Of a DNA stretch of 64,000 nt, positions 1 to 12,491 are shown piece by piece (the first letter of the stretch is position 1; the number at the start of each line of letters is the position of its first letter). Under the pieces are notes generated by a model. That model made no database searches. It saw only the letters and a list, made by a program, of their open reading frames with translations, and was not told where the DNA came from. The stretch comes from Macrostomum lignano (lineage: Eukaryota): assembly GCA_002269645.1 (NCBI GenBank), contig NIVC01001231.1:1-64000 (forward strand), read 5' to 3'. The position numbers and the translations under genes were made by a program.

Positions 1-479
1 TATCGTCAGGCATGTTCACTCCCTGCGCCTTGGGGCTGGCCTCATAGCTGGCCAATTTTCGTGAACACAAGCCCCAAATGAATGTGGCCTGCGCACCAGG
101 GGTCGTGGCGCGAAAGTCGACGCCTCTTACGACAGGCAGGCCGAATATCGGCATTGTAAAACCGCATCTTATTATCCTGGCTGCTAAGCCAAGCGGCTTC
201 ATAGGCTAATTGTGCATGGTCATCTGCATTTGCACTGCCTCGCGGATCACAGAAATTTGTGGGATGATTCTGAATGCACGCCGGCTGCAATTTCATCCTG
301 TTCACCTTGGCAGGTGGCTCGCTCGGTTGCTCCGAGCATCATTAGTTAGCTATTTACACGGTACTAATGATGTTGGCTGTGCCCATCTGTGATCATGATT
401 CATTAGTCACCCACCGACTACAGCAGTTGTCGCAAACTTTTTACCTTAAGGGCCAGATAAAGTCTTGATGATTGCTGCG

Positions 480-1030
480 GACCAGATGAGAGTGGAAAGG
501 AGATGGAATGGGGAGAGAGAAGAAAGGGGAGATTAGAGATGACAAAATAGTTTGAGAGATGAGATAAAATATAAGAGAGAGAAGTGAGGAGAGATGAGAG
601 GAGATAAGAGAGATGAGATGAGATGAGATGAGAGAGGAGATTATAGGAGAGGAGAGGAGATGAAAGGAAAGAGGAGATGACATGCGATTAGAGGAGAGAG
701 GAGATGAGATGCGATTAGAGGAGAGAGGAGATGAGAGGAGAAAGAAGAGAGGAGATGAGAGGAGAGAGGAGATAGAGGAGAGAGGAGATGAGAGGAGAGA
801 GAAGAGGAGATGAGAGGAGAGAGGAGAAGAGAGGAGATGAGAGGAGAGAGGAGATGATATGAGATAAGAGAAGAGAGGAGATGAGAGGAGAGAGGAGATG
901 AGATGCGATTGGAGGAGAGAGGAGATGAGATGAGAGGAGAGAGGAGATGAGAGGAGGAGATGAGAGGAGAGAGAAGAGAGGAGATGAGAGGAGAGAGGAG
1001 ATAAGATGAGATGAGATGAGAGGAGAGAAC
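480..1030. repeat. GA-rich microsatellite (GAGAG/GAGAT)
   Basis: Direct reading. Confidence 0.9.
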
Positions 1031-2272
1031 TTAGAAGAGACACCAACCTTGAGCGGGCCGGAGTTTGCCGAACCCTGGCCTTGCGGGCTGACCCTCAGCC
1101 CGCAGACCCTCAGACCCTTGCGGCTGGCCAATTTTCGTAAACACAAGCCCTAAATGAATGTTTAACCCTGGTTAAACTTAATTTAAATAGAATGAAATTA
1201 TTTTTTTATTTCTATTTTCTATTCTTAATCTAACATCAAGTCCTACAGCCAAAGGGAGCCACAGAATGACCCTTGCCAATGTTCCACCAGCATGGAGTCA
1301 TTCAGTCAGTCAAGCCCTACCCAACCCACCGCCTTAAGTTCCTGTTTGAAGTGGTTTCAAGTTCCTCCATTTTTGTCCACCCAGCATCCGCTCAGGTTTC
1401 TCAGCTCCTCTCTTTCCAAGCTGAAACTGCCTGACTCACTCTGGCCACAATCTCTACCAGCCACCTGAGAAATAGTGAGCAGTAGTTCTCAACTTTCGGG
1501 TTGCAGCCATATGCCTAGCATAGTTGAGTAGGCAGTTAGATCTCTGAGTTCACTCACTACATTGCGTGACTACGAAACTTCGCAGGCATTTTCTCAGATC
1601 AGCCCCAAGGTTGCAACTGTTGTTTTGAGTATTTTGAGTCCGTCTCTCAGCTGGATACATGACAAATTAATGAACAGGCCCACACACACAGCAGTGCGAG
1701 CCCGGCTCATCCGACTCCCCACCACCCCACTTTGGATAAACACAAACACAAACAGAGAAATACAGACAGGCACAAACCTTATACAAGACTATCCACTATC
1801 CAGTTCAACTCAGTGAAGAAGCAGACCCTAAAATATTAACTAGCTAGATAAAAATTCTTAACCGGCGATTAATTACTTCCAATCCAGATTTCTAGCCTAA
1901 GGCGTCCTTGGCTCAGACTAGGAGCTTTTTTTTAATAGTCTTTGTCTGAGCAACAGACAGAGACGGGGGAGGGGAAACTTGAGAAGCCCGGAGAGCTTAT
2001 GAGGCGTGGGAAACCACTGGGCTGCGGAATCGGGGCGGGATAATGCAGCCCTTTTTCAATAAGCTGCAGGAGCGGGGAACAGAGCGCTGGGAAACTTGGG
2101 CAGGATATGGGCGGGGGCTGCAGTGTGCTCAGGCAGAAAGAAGCGACTCACTCAGGGGCCTTTATAGTAAATAAATTGCACTCTGAAATATAGACGGGCG
2201 AAACTTGGAAAGCAAATTGAAAATTTGCCAAATACAATTGAAATGAAGTAAAAGTACGAGCTTTAAACTGCT

Positions 2273-2705
2273 GTGTCAGCACCCTGTAACACTACTGCGT
2301 CAGCACCTGTAATATTACTGTATCAGCACCCTGTAACACTACTGTGTCAGCGCCCTGCAATACTACCGTGTCAGCACCCTGTAACACTACTGTGTCAGCG
2401 CCCTGTAACACTACTGTGTCAGCGCCCTGTAACACTACTGTGTCAGCACCCTGTAACACTACTGTGTCAGCACCCTGTAACACTACTGTGTCAGCACCCT
2501 GTAACACTACTGTGTCAGCACCCTGTAACACTACTGTATCAGCACCCTGTAACACTACTGTGTCAGCACCCTGTAACACTACTGTGTCAGCACCCTGTAA
2601 CACTACTGTGTCAGCACCCTGTAACACAACTGTGTCAGCACCCTGTAATATTACTGTCAGCACCCTGTAACACTACTGTTTCAACACTCTGTAACACTAA
2701 TGTGT
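2273..2705. repeat. 24-bp minisatellite TGTGTCAGCACCCTGTAACACTAC (cadherin intron 4)
   Basis: ~17 copies. Confidence 0.95.
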
Positions 2706-2721
2706 CAGCAAGAAGCCTCAC

Positions 2722-3275
2722 CAGACTCCGAGTTGATGCAGAACAGGCCGTCCTCGTTGCCACCAACGATGTCGTAGAGAACATCCTCAGCGTCGCCACC
2801 TTCAACCCGAGCTGTCACCATCAGGCACTGAGCAGTGCCGGCCGCAGTCAGGCAGGTGCCCGCTGCGGAGTTCTCGGCGATGCTGCCGGTAAAGTTTCGG
2901 TCGAACAGCAGCGCCGGCTTGGATGTCGCCGGCAGCAGCAGAAATGGCGGTCTCGGCCGTCAGGGCAGCCGGAAGGCCGGAGTCGGACGCGCGCACTCGA
3001 ATCAGTCGGGAGTTTGGCAAGGCCGACTGTCCGAGACTGACCAGGCCGCTATCCGGATCCACAGTGACGGCGTGGCTGGCGCTGTCCGGCTCGGCCAGGC
3101 TGTAGGTCAGGCGGCTGTTCGCGGCGCTCGAGTCCCGGTCAGTGGCGCGCAGGGTCAGCAGGGGGCCGGGGCCGGCCGGCCGCGCCGAGTAGAAGGCCGA
3201 CGCGAACTCGGGCCGGTGGTCGTTCTGGTCCACAATCTCGACGTCAACGCTCACCAGGGCGGACATCGGGTTTAC
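2722..3275 (-). CDS. Dachsous/Fat-like cadherin, exon 4; the gene continues to the left of the window
   Basis: Acceptor GCGCAG|GTA (phase 0); DQNDHRPEF, ATDRDSS, ASDSGLP, then a frameshift near 2900 into FTGSIAENS...GGNEDGLFCINSES; donor G|GTGAGG at 2721. No transmembrane segment was reached in the window. Confidence 0.8.
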
Positions 3276-3344
3276 CTGCGCGCAGTATGCGGGGACAAAG
3301 ACTCCGGATAAATACTAGGCAATGCGATCATTGGAAGGGGGCTA

Positions 3345-3715
3345 TTCTATGGGCAATTCTATAGGCGGAAAGGGGCGATTTTATGGGCGGATAGGGGGTG
3401 GTTCTATGGGCGGAAAGGGGCGATTCTTTGGGCGGATAGGAAGAGATTCTATGGTAGGATAGGGGGCGGTTCTATGGGCGGATAGGGGGTGGTTCTATGG
3501 GCGGAAAGGGCGATTCTTTGGGCGGATAGGAAGAGATTCTATGGGCGGATAGGGGGTGGTTCTATGGGCGGAAAGGGCGATTCTTTGGGCGGATAGGAAG
3601 AGATTCTATGGGCGGATAGGGGGTGGTTCTATGGGCGGAAAGGGCGATTCTTTGGGCGGATAGGAAGAGATTCTATGGGAGGATAGGGGCGATTGTATGG
3701 GTGGATAGGGGGTCA
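3345..3715. repeat. Composite minisatellite GGGCGGATAGG.../GATTCTAT (cadherin intron 3)
   Basis: Direct reading. Confidence 0.85.
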
Positions 3716-3735
3716 CTATGAAAACCAGTGCGCAC

Positions 3736-6700
3736 CTCGCTGGAGTCGGTGGCGGCCACAGTGATGGACACGAAGGCCAGTTTCTCCCGATCGACCGGAA
3801 TGGCCAGCCGCAGCTCCCAGTGGCCGGGTGGACGCTGAACAGACCGGCCGCCGCACCTCCGGACTGCGATACGACGCGATAGGCGAGCCGGTCGCCGTCC
3901 TCGCGGTCCCAGGCGGACACGGCGAGCAGCAGGTGGCCGGGCGGGGCGAGCTCGGGCAGGCGGGCCGAGTAGCGGCTCTCCCGGAACACCGGGGCGAACC
4001 GGTTGGCCGGCAGAACCCGGACCAGCACCAGAGCGGTCCCGGTGCGGCCGCCACCGTCCGTGGCTACGACGCGAATCCGATGATGATAGCGCGGGCTAGC
4101 CGGGCGCGCGGCGGCCTCGGGTAGTCGAGCGCCGAGCAGGACAGGCGGCCGCTGCTCGGGTCGAGGATGAAGCGGCTCAGAGCGTCATCGCCGTCGATGG
4201 AGTAGACAAGCCGGCCGGCGGGGGCCGCGGTCGGGGTCGTGCGCGTCACGGTGATCAAGTCGGCGAAGGCCTGGCCCTCGGCACCTCGGTGAAGTACTCG
4301 AGCTCGGCGAACTCCGGCGAGTGCAGATTCTCGTCCTGCAGGCTCACGGTGATGAGGCAGGTGTCCGCCAGCTGGCCGTCGGGCTCGCGCAGCAGCGCGG
4401 TCACAGAGTAGAAATCCCTGCTGTCCGGATGCAGTGTCCGGGACAACCGAACCTGGCCGGTGGCCGAGTCAACCAGGAACAGGTCGTCGAACAGGCCGGA
4501 GGCAGGCCGAACCGGTCCGCGGCCGACTGCTGCAGGCGGGACACTCGGGCGGAGCGGCTCCTGGCAGCTAGTTGGGCGACTTCCTGGCCGGGCGGCGCGG
4601 CAGTGGACAGGCTGGCCAGGTAGGCGGGCTGGGAGAAGCCGGCCGAGTCGGACTCGGAGCCGTCGGGCAGCAGTGGCAGGCCGACAAGGCGCCAGTCCGA
4701 GCGGGGCACCGCGCCGGCGTCCTCGACGCTGACGTTGAGTCGCAGCTGCAGCCGATGCTGCACCGTTGAAGACGCAGCCGCGGCCGCTGCAGCCGCCGCC
4801 GCAGCAGCCGCCTCGGAGCCGGGCACGGCAAGCCGCACCAGGCCGAGCGAGTCGATGCTGACTGCCCGACCGGCCGAAGCGTCCGCCTTCCAGCGGAACC
4901 GAGCAGCCAGTCCGGCCGGGCCCGGGTCCGGGTCGGCCAACTCCAGGTGGCCCACGATGCGGCCGGCCGGGTCGCTGGGCAGGAAGAAGGCGCCCTCGCC
5001 AGCCGGAACTGCGGCGCCCAGTTGTTAACATCGCGGACGAGTTGGACGCGAAGCACCGCGTGACGCCGCCTGCGACAATCGGGCGGGCCGGCGCACAGGT
5101 CGGTGGCCACCGCGGCCACCTCGAAGCTGTTGTTAGCGGTTGCCATGCTAACCAGGCTGCGCTTGGTGTACAGCTGACCGGACACCGGGTGCAGCCAGAG
5201 AAAGTCGGCAAGTCGGTCGAATGCCAGGCGGAACCGGACGGTGCCGTTGGGTCCAGTGTCGGGATCGGCGGCAAAGAAGCGGTACAGCGGGGAGCCAGCG
5301 GGCAGTGACTCCGGCACGGTCACCGCGGGTGCGGCATCGGCGAACACCGGCCAGTTGTCGTTCTCGTCCAGAACGCGGACCTCGAGTGCCACCCAGCAGG
5401 AGCGGGGCCGGCCGGGGCCTCGCTGAGCCGCCTCGGTCACCAGCACCTGGTAGGCGTGGACTGGGGCCGACTCCCGGTCTAGGCGGCGGTTCACCAGCAC
5501 CCGGCCGTTGTCGATGGCCACCGCCACCGCCGAGTCAGCCGGCCGCACCACAGTGAAGTAGGCCGCCGCCTGCGACTCCGTGAAGATCCGGCCGATCACG
5601 TGACCAACGCTGGCGGACTCGCTCACGGCCAAACTGACGCTGCTGTTGCGCCAGCCGTCCGAACGGTCATCGCCACCGACATTGTCATTATCGGCATCGA
5701 CATTGTCGAACGGCACAGTTTGCAGGCTGATGGACGACGAGCCGGTCAGGCCGCCCCCATCGGTGGCCGTCAGCTGGCCGGACACGCCGCCACTGTCCAG
5801 GTCCGCCAGTTGGCCAGCTACAGAGACAACGCCGGTCACCGGATGGACGGTCAGGAAAGCGGCCGCGGGACCGGACACGGCAAATCGGGTGTCGCCGTTG
5901 CCGCCGCCTCCAGATTCGGGTGCGTCAGCGTCTGTGGCGGACACAGTCGCCAGAGCGGCACCAAGCGGCGAGTGGCCGGCCGCAAGCAGACGGTAGGCCG
6001 GCTGTCCGAATGTCGGCGCGGCGTCGTTGACATCGGAGACGAGCACGCTGAGAGGGGCGATAGCGCTGAGAGACTTGGGTGTGCCAGCGTCGGCCGCCTC
6101 GACAGTCAGGAGATGCTCCGGTTGGGCCTCCCTGTCCAGCGGCTGCAGAACTCGGACAGCGCCGTCCACCGCGTCGATGCCAAAGTAGTCGCTGGGCGTT
6201 GTAAATCGGAATCGGACGCGCCCGTTGTCGCCGAGGTCCGGGTCGGAGGCTGCCACGCGGCCGACCACCGAGCCGACGGGGGCGGCCTCGCTGACCAGGA
6301 ACCAGTAGCCCGCCGGCTGGGACAGCGCGGGCCGGTGATCGTTGGTGTCCCGCACCAGCAGGCGGCGGGTGAAGTTCGAGCACAGCAGGTCGGAGTCGCA
6401 CACCCTGACGGACAGGTCGATGCCGCTGCCGGCGAGGTCGCTGATGCTTCGGCGGACGGTCAGCAGGCCGGTGGACGGCGCCAGCGACAGCCGCTCGGCG
6501 GCGGGGCCCGCCAGCTCGTAGGTGAGGCCGACCGGGCCGCCGTCCGGGTCCTCGCAGGCGAGGCTGTCAATTCGGTCGCCCGGCCGGAGGTTGTCCGGCA
6601 CCGACTGGCCGGAAGCGGCGGCGGCGGATGCGGGCCGGCCGCAGTCGGGCGGGTTGTCGTTCTCGTTCAACAGGCCGATGCTCACCAGCAGGACGGAGGA

Positions 6701-6917
6701 GCTAGCAATGCCGTCGCAGCTGACTCGAAGGTCGCGAGTTCGCGGCCCGGTCTCGAAGTCCAGGCCGGGCGGCTGCAGCAGCAGGCTGCCGTTGGGCAGC
6801 AGCTGGAAGGGCGGCCGCGGCTCCAGAAGCCGGTAGCCAGAGGGGCAGCCGCCGACCGCCGCCACGGTGAAAATCTCCCGGCCTGGCGGTTGCCACTCGC
6901 TGACGTCCACTTGGAGT
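3736..6917 (-). CDS. Dachsous/Fat-like cadherin, exon 3 (~10 cadherin repeats)
   Basis: Acceptor CCCCCAG|A (phase 2, completes Lys); ENDNPP, DTNDHRP, LDREAQ, DVNDAAP, DENDNWP, DENLHSPEF; five 1-bp frameshifts near 5005, 4500-4560, 4280, 4120 and 3815; donor GAG|GTGCGC at 3735. Confidence 0.85.
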
Positions 6918-6959
6918 CTGGGGGCACGAGTTGGGACTGGAGATTTAGCCTTGGTCGAA

Positions 6960-7815
6960 TCCCACTACTCAAATCCCGCACTGACTCAAATCCCAAACCG
7001 ACTCAAATCCCAAACCGACTCAAATCCCACACTGACTAAAATCCCACACTGACTAAAATCCCACACTAACTCGAATCCCACAGATTCGAATCCCACATTA
7101 ACTCGAATCCCACACTGACTCGAATCCCACAGATTCGAATCCCACATTAAATCGAATCCCACACTGACTCGAAATCCCACAGATTCGAATCCCACATTAA
7201 CTCGAATCCCACACCGACTCGAATCCCACATTAACTCGAATCCCACACTGACTCGAATCCACAGATTCGAATCCCACATTAACTCGAATCCCACACCGAC
7301 TCGAATCCCACATTAACTCGAATCCCACACTGACTCGAATCCCACAGATTCGAATCCCACATTAACTCGAATCCCACACTGACTCGAATCCCACACCGAC
7401 TCGAATCCCACATTAACTCGAATCCCACACTGACTCGAATCCCTCAGATTCGAATCCCACATTAACTCGAATCCCACACCGACTCGAATCCCACATTAAC
7501 TCGAATCCCACACTGACTCGAATCCCACATTAACTCGAATCCCACACTGACTCGAATCCCTCAGATTCGAATCCCACATTAACTCGAATCCCACACCGAC
7601 TCGAATCCCACATTAACTCGAATCCCACACTGACTCGAATCCCACATTAACTCGAATCCCACACCGACTCGAATCCCACATTAACTCGAATCCCACACTG
7701 ACTCGAATCCCACAGATTCGAATTCCACATTAACTCGAATCCCACAGATTCGAATCCCACATTAAATCAAATCCCAAACTGACTCAAATCCCACACCGAC
7801 TCGAATCCCACACTG
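6960..7815. repeat. ACTCGAATCCCAC-core minisatellite (cadherin intron 2)
   Basis: Fills most of intron 6918-7907. Confidence 0.95.
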
Positions 7816-7907
7816 ATTAAAATTTTAAGCTCATAGAACCTCATATTTTAATCCCAAAGATCCGGAAACGCAATTGAATCTGAAAAAAACTAACTACCCA
7901 AACTAAC

Positions 7908-8736
7908 TTGTCAATAGGAAAAAATCCATGGCCAGCGGAGGCGCTTTCGGTTGCCAGGCCGTTGCTAGGCAGCCGCAGGATCAGCAAGGCGAAGCTCTGC
8001 ATGCCTGACGGATCCGTGACTCGCACCGACAGGTCCAGGCGGCCGCCAGCCCGCGCCATCAGCCGGCCCGCTGCCGTGCCGTTCAGGACGCACAGCTGGC
8101 CGGTGCGCGGCTCCAGCCGAAAAGCGGATTCGAACTCGCGACCGTACCAGCTGGCTGTAGGGTTGACGGCGAAGTCAAAGTTCAGCACGGAGCCGCAGTC
8201 TGGGTCGAAGGCCGATACCCGAGCGACGCAGGCGCCGTCGGTGAGCGAGGCGAGGGAGACGGCAGCGGTGAACACCGGGCGGTGGAAGCGGGCGGGAAGG
8301 CGGCCGAGCTGCTGACAGTGACTGTCAGAGTGGCGTTCCCAGTCAGCGGCGGCCTGCCGCAGTCGGTAGCGCCGAGCAGTACTGAGAGGCTGCCGCACAG
8401 CAGCCAGCTGCCACCGGCGCCGTCGGCCAGCGACACCCAACCGGTGGCAGAGTCGATCTCCAGTGCGCCACCGCCGCCGCTCAGGATGGCGTAGGTCACC
8501 GGGTCGCCATCCGGGTCGACAGCCGACACCTGCAAGAGACGCCTGGCGCCGGTCCCGTCGCTGGTCGATGCGGCGGTGACGGCGGCTTGGTAGGCGGGCC
8601 GCGCGAACACCGGGGCGCGCTCGTTGCGCAGCTGGACGGTCAGGTTGAGCAGCAGGCTGGCCGACAGCGGCGGCGCACCGGAGTCCGTGGCCGTGAGCGA
8701 GAGGGTGAACTGGCCGGGCGACAGGCGCGAGGCCAC
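7908..8736 (-). CDS. Dachsous/Fat-like cadherin, exon 2
   Basis: Acceptor CCCTCAG|GTG (phase 0, matches exon 1); ATDSGAPPL, RNERAPVF, AVDPDGD, AFDPDCG; one apparent 1-bp deletion near 8290; donor AA|GTTAGT at 7907, phase 2. Confidence 0.85.
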
Positions 8737-9360
8737 CTGAGGGGCGTCAGGATAGTGAGAGGAGAATTCAGATCATTGACTGATGCGCCAAACACATTGA
8801 TACTGTTTGATGACTCATTGAGTGGTCAAATGCTGAAGGATTAAAGTCAGCCTTGCTCTGCGACGCGTCTAAGCTCCCGTGCTTAAGTACGAGTAGCTAA
8901 GGATTGTTTCTGGAAAATGATTGCAGCCCCGGCTTGTCTTGCGACCCAAATCTGAGGGCTAATCTCTCTTCATAGATGAGTGTACTTTGCTTGTTGATGA
9001 GGATGGCAAAAGTTGCTTGTGCTGTGTCTCCGTAAGCATCCGCACTCCATAGCGCACCTCCTGGGACTCAGGCCACTACGAGAGATGATCTGTCCCCTTA
9101 GTATGAACTGTATGGACTTATTGAACTCAGATCAGCTTAAAATCACATAGGGAGTCAATATATTTCAGCCTTTTCAGTGGTTTCCTAGAAGAGCAGATGC
9201 TTTTCTTAGCAGAGACAACTACTTGTAAATTTTGTCTTAACTTGTCGAATGAGCACTAGAGTTACATTTCGTCTAGGGCAAAAATTGCGAAACTAGAACT
9301 TGCAACCTATTGATAACAGCCAAACAAATTTCACACAATTTTTTCCGTGCAAAATCTGAA

Positions 9361-11289
9361 ATGGACTTGACTAGCGAAGGCATCAGCGAAGCCGCATCAT
9401 CGCCCAGTCTGTGCGACTTTCGACGCTGTGCAGCCGCTGGCGATGCGCATTTTCGGCTTCCACCGGATGACGGAAGCTCCTCTGTCGACGCCTTCAACGC
9501 TGACACCCCGTTGAGCTGCAAACGGTCCCCAGATCGAAGCAGAAAGACCTATAAGCTTACTCGATTCAGCACTGCGGAAGTTTGCCTGACCCCGGACTTG
9601 CAGCAGGCGGTTGTCAGGTCACGGTCAGCTGTGGATTCAAGGCCTCGCTCAGAGAGTTCAGTTGTATCGTCACTGAACGAGAAAGCGACTGCAAGCAGGA
9701 GGACTCACTGCTTCTTCGAGAGTATCTTCCTCAGGAGTCTGCCGGTTACTCCAGCTAGGGAAGTATCTCACAATTTGCTGCTCGAGTCCTGCACACCTAT
9801 GCCAACGCCAGTGGAGACAGACAGACCAGTAATCAAGACAGTGAGGAAGCATTGGTGCATCGTGTTTTGTAGCTCAACTCCGGCACAGGTGCTACCATCG
9901 CCAAGGTCGTACTTGGTCCCGTCGAATCTCGACTGTCCCTGCAAGCATCACTGCATTGACTGTCATACTGGTGACGCCATCGATTGGCCATCGAGTGAAC
10001 AAAACATTCTGCAGAAGTGCAGTTCAATGACACGCCGCGTCAACCGCAGCTTTCGGTATGCTCTCCAGCAACAAATAACCCGCGTCTCTGACGACCCATC
10101 ACCTGTCTTGGCCGTAGAATTCAAGGAGGAATTCAACCTTCAGCTGGAGCTGCTGTACCAGCAACCACAGAGCTGGCAAAGCTGTGCAGAGTCTACAAGC
10201 GAGTCAATTTACCTACAACCGGCTGTTTCTCGGCGAGAAAAAGTACTTTTCTACTGTGAGCTTTCCGACTGTGACGAGACTGTGACGGACTGGCAGATGG
10301 CTGCATTTTACAAGCTGAAATGTCACCCCATGACTGCACGTTGCATCAGGGAGAAACCGACTGCGTCATCGGATTGGCGAATGGAGCAATGGCGCATACA
10401 GTGCAACGAGCCACAGTGCGCACCTCTTACTGAGGTCCTGCATCCGGCTTTGCATTACTCAAGTGGAGCCAGTACTGGCGACTGCGGCTGCACTACCGAC
10501 TGTCAGCAGATGAAGCCTCAGTGGCCGCCTGCACCTGATCCACATTCATCACATCGAACTCGCGACAGCGACTGCTGCACATCAGTTAGCTACTCAAATG
10601 TGCACTCAGCACCAGAACGACGTGTAGACAAGAGATGGCGGCAGCGTCGGCGAGCTCCCTCGGATTCACCGTCAGCTTCGGCGGTCTCAACTCAGTCAGC
10701 AGAGACCGAATCAGCCGTACTGCATACGGCCATTGCAAGAGGCGGATTCGACCACCTTCTGCAGACGCTGGAGAGGGCGAGACTGCGGTACAGCGGCTCT
10801 GCTGTCTCTGCAACTTTCTCCTGTCCAGGGACGGGTAGTGGACGACGTCGCCGGAGGCAGCAGAGCAAGGCGTGCAGCTTTCAGACATGCCATGCAACCT
10901 GCGATCTTGGCCTCGAAAATGACAGAAATGAATTAGAGATTGAAGACGAAGATGTCGAGGAGTCTGAGCTTGAGAACACGCAGGTACTCGACGGAAACCA
11001 GTCGAACTTCGAAGACAACGACTGCAGCGATGAGTTTTGTGCCTGCGACACTCAATATTGCAGCTGCAACTTTAGAACTTGTTGCTGCGAAGGCGACTAT
11101 CAGTGCAATGACGGTCTCGCAGAGCCGTCTGTGCAGCCTCTTATCGACCATTCGACCGCATCTCAGCGGGAGCGCCGGGAGGCGAAAATCATCGACTCCA
11201 TGTCGCAGTCGCTGCTCACGCTAACGAAGAGCTTGGAGTCGTGCGTGCGTCACATCCGCGGCACAGTGGCGGAGCTGCAGCGACTCTGA
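9361..11289 (+). CDS. Intronless ORF of unknown function (642 aa), copy 1, nested antisense in cadherin intron 1
   Basis: ATG at 9361 aligns with the ATG of copy 2; long uninterrupted ORF; Cys-rich segments, acidic tract and helical C-terminus; no recognised domain. Confidence 0.65.
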   Translation: MDLTSEGISEAASSPSLCDFRRCAAAGDAHFRLPPDDGSSSVDAFNADTPLSCKRSPDRSRKTYKLTRFSTAEVCLTPDLQQAVVRSRSAVDSRPRSESSVVSSLNEKATASRRTHCFFESIFLRSLPVTPAREVSHNLLLESCTPMPTPVETDRPVIKTVRKHWCIVFCSSTPAQVLPSPRSYLVPSNLDCPCKHHCIDCHTGDAIDWPSSEQNILQKCSSMTRRVNRSFRYALQQQITRVSDDPSPVLAVEFKEEFNLQLELLYQQPQSWQSCAESTSESIYLQPAVSRREKVLFYCELSDCDETVTDWQMAAFYKLKCHPMTARCIREKPTASSDWRMEQWRIQCNEPQCAPLTEVLHPALHYSSGASTGDCGCTTDCQQMKPQWPPAPDPHSSHRTRDSDCCTSVSYSNVHSAPERRVDKRWRQRRRAPSDSPSASAVSTQSAETESAVLHTAIARGGFDHLLQTLERARLRYSGSAVSATFSCPGTGSGRRRRRQQSKACSFQTCHATCDLGLENDRNELEIEDEDVEESELENTQVLDGNQSNFEDNDCSDEFCACDTQYCSCNFRTCCCEGDYQCNDGLAEPSVQPLIDHSTASQRERREAKIIDSMSQSLLTLTKSLESCVRHIRGTVAELQRL

Positions 11290-12139
11290 TTCCGCATTAT
11301 AGATATTAGACCCACTGCTACAAATTTATTTACCAATAAGTCCACTTACATGAGCTTTACATATTGTTTGTTGCAGTACGGTATAGTCATTTTCTCTACC
11401 TTTATAAATAAAAGAGCTGCCGATGAGATATTCAAAGCTGAACTGCCCTCTTAAGCTTTTTAATGAGGCCGAATTCAGTCCGATTTTCTTGACTGGGTCG
11501 CCATCATAAACCCGAAAAATCACAACCCTGAAAGCAATTCCCATCATTAACTCGAAATATCCCAAACCCGAAATATCATAACTCCGAAAGCGTTAGCAAC
11601 GCCCATCATAAACCCGAAATATCACAAAGGCGAAATATAATAACTCCGAAAACCAAAATATTTTTGGACATTGCTAGAACTTTCGGAGTTTTGATATCTC
11701 GGGTTTATGATGGGCAATGCTATTTTTGTTTTTGGAGTTGCGATTTTTTGGGTTTGTGATGCTCCCCCCCCCCTTGACTTGACTTGCTCTACCTGGAATC
11801 GAGAGTTGTTTAGTTTAAGCACGCACTTGACTTCGCCTTAAAATGCTTTGCAAGGACGCGAATCCCAATAAAATACATAAAACTTGGCAGACAAGAGCGC
11901 CAGCGTTGTATGACTAGTGCTGATTTCCGAGTGGCAATGACTTTCGGGAGGGTTCCTATGCTGCATCAAAACAGTTTGACCGGTTATAAACTTTTTATAC
12001 AGCAGCTGGTATACCTTTGTTTGATAGGTGCACAGATACTTTTTGTGTGGTTGAGTATGTGTTAAGCAATTGCCCCGAGAAAATTGAAATAAATCTATTG
12101 AGCAACAACACAATCAATGACAAGAATCTTTGATCGATG

Positions 12140-12435
12140 TGCCAGATCATTAATCGAGGTGTCAGATCATTAATCGAGGTGTCAGATCATTGATCGGGGT
12201 GTCAGATCATTGATCGAGGTGTCAGATCATTGATGGAGGCGTCAGATCATTAATCGAGGTGTCAGATCATTGATCGGGGTGTCAGATCATTTATCAAGGT
12301 GTCAGATCATTGATCGAGGTGTCAGATCATTGATCGAGGTGTCAGATTACTGATCGAGGTGTCAGATCATTGATCGAGGTGTCAGATCATTGATCGAGGT
12401 GTCAGATCATTGATCGAGGTATTGAGGTGTCAGCT
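12140..12435. repeat. 20-bp minisatellite GTGTCAGATCATTGATCGAG (cadherin intron 1)
   Basis: ~14 copies. Confidence 0.95.
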
Positions 12436-12491
12436 CATTTGATAAGATGTCAGTTCATTGAGCGAGACGTCAGGCCCATTGCGGTTCTCAC

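Noticed and set aside
1200-1480. Possible decayed RTE-type LINE 3' end on the minus strand (KQELKAVGW..., A-rich tail)
   Set aside because: The similarity is too short and stop-interrupted to support without a database search.
5600-7039. 479-aa plus-strand ORF and other long antisense ORFs over cadherin, NHL and MARK exons
   Set aside because: These are shadow frames expected from very GC-rich coding sequence.
6960-7815. TTCGAATCCC motifs resembling the tRNA T-arm or B-box
   Set aside because: They read GATTCGAATC rather than GTTCGA, with no A-box or cloverleaf; they are simply the repeat unit.
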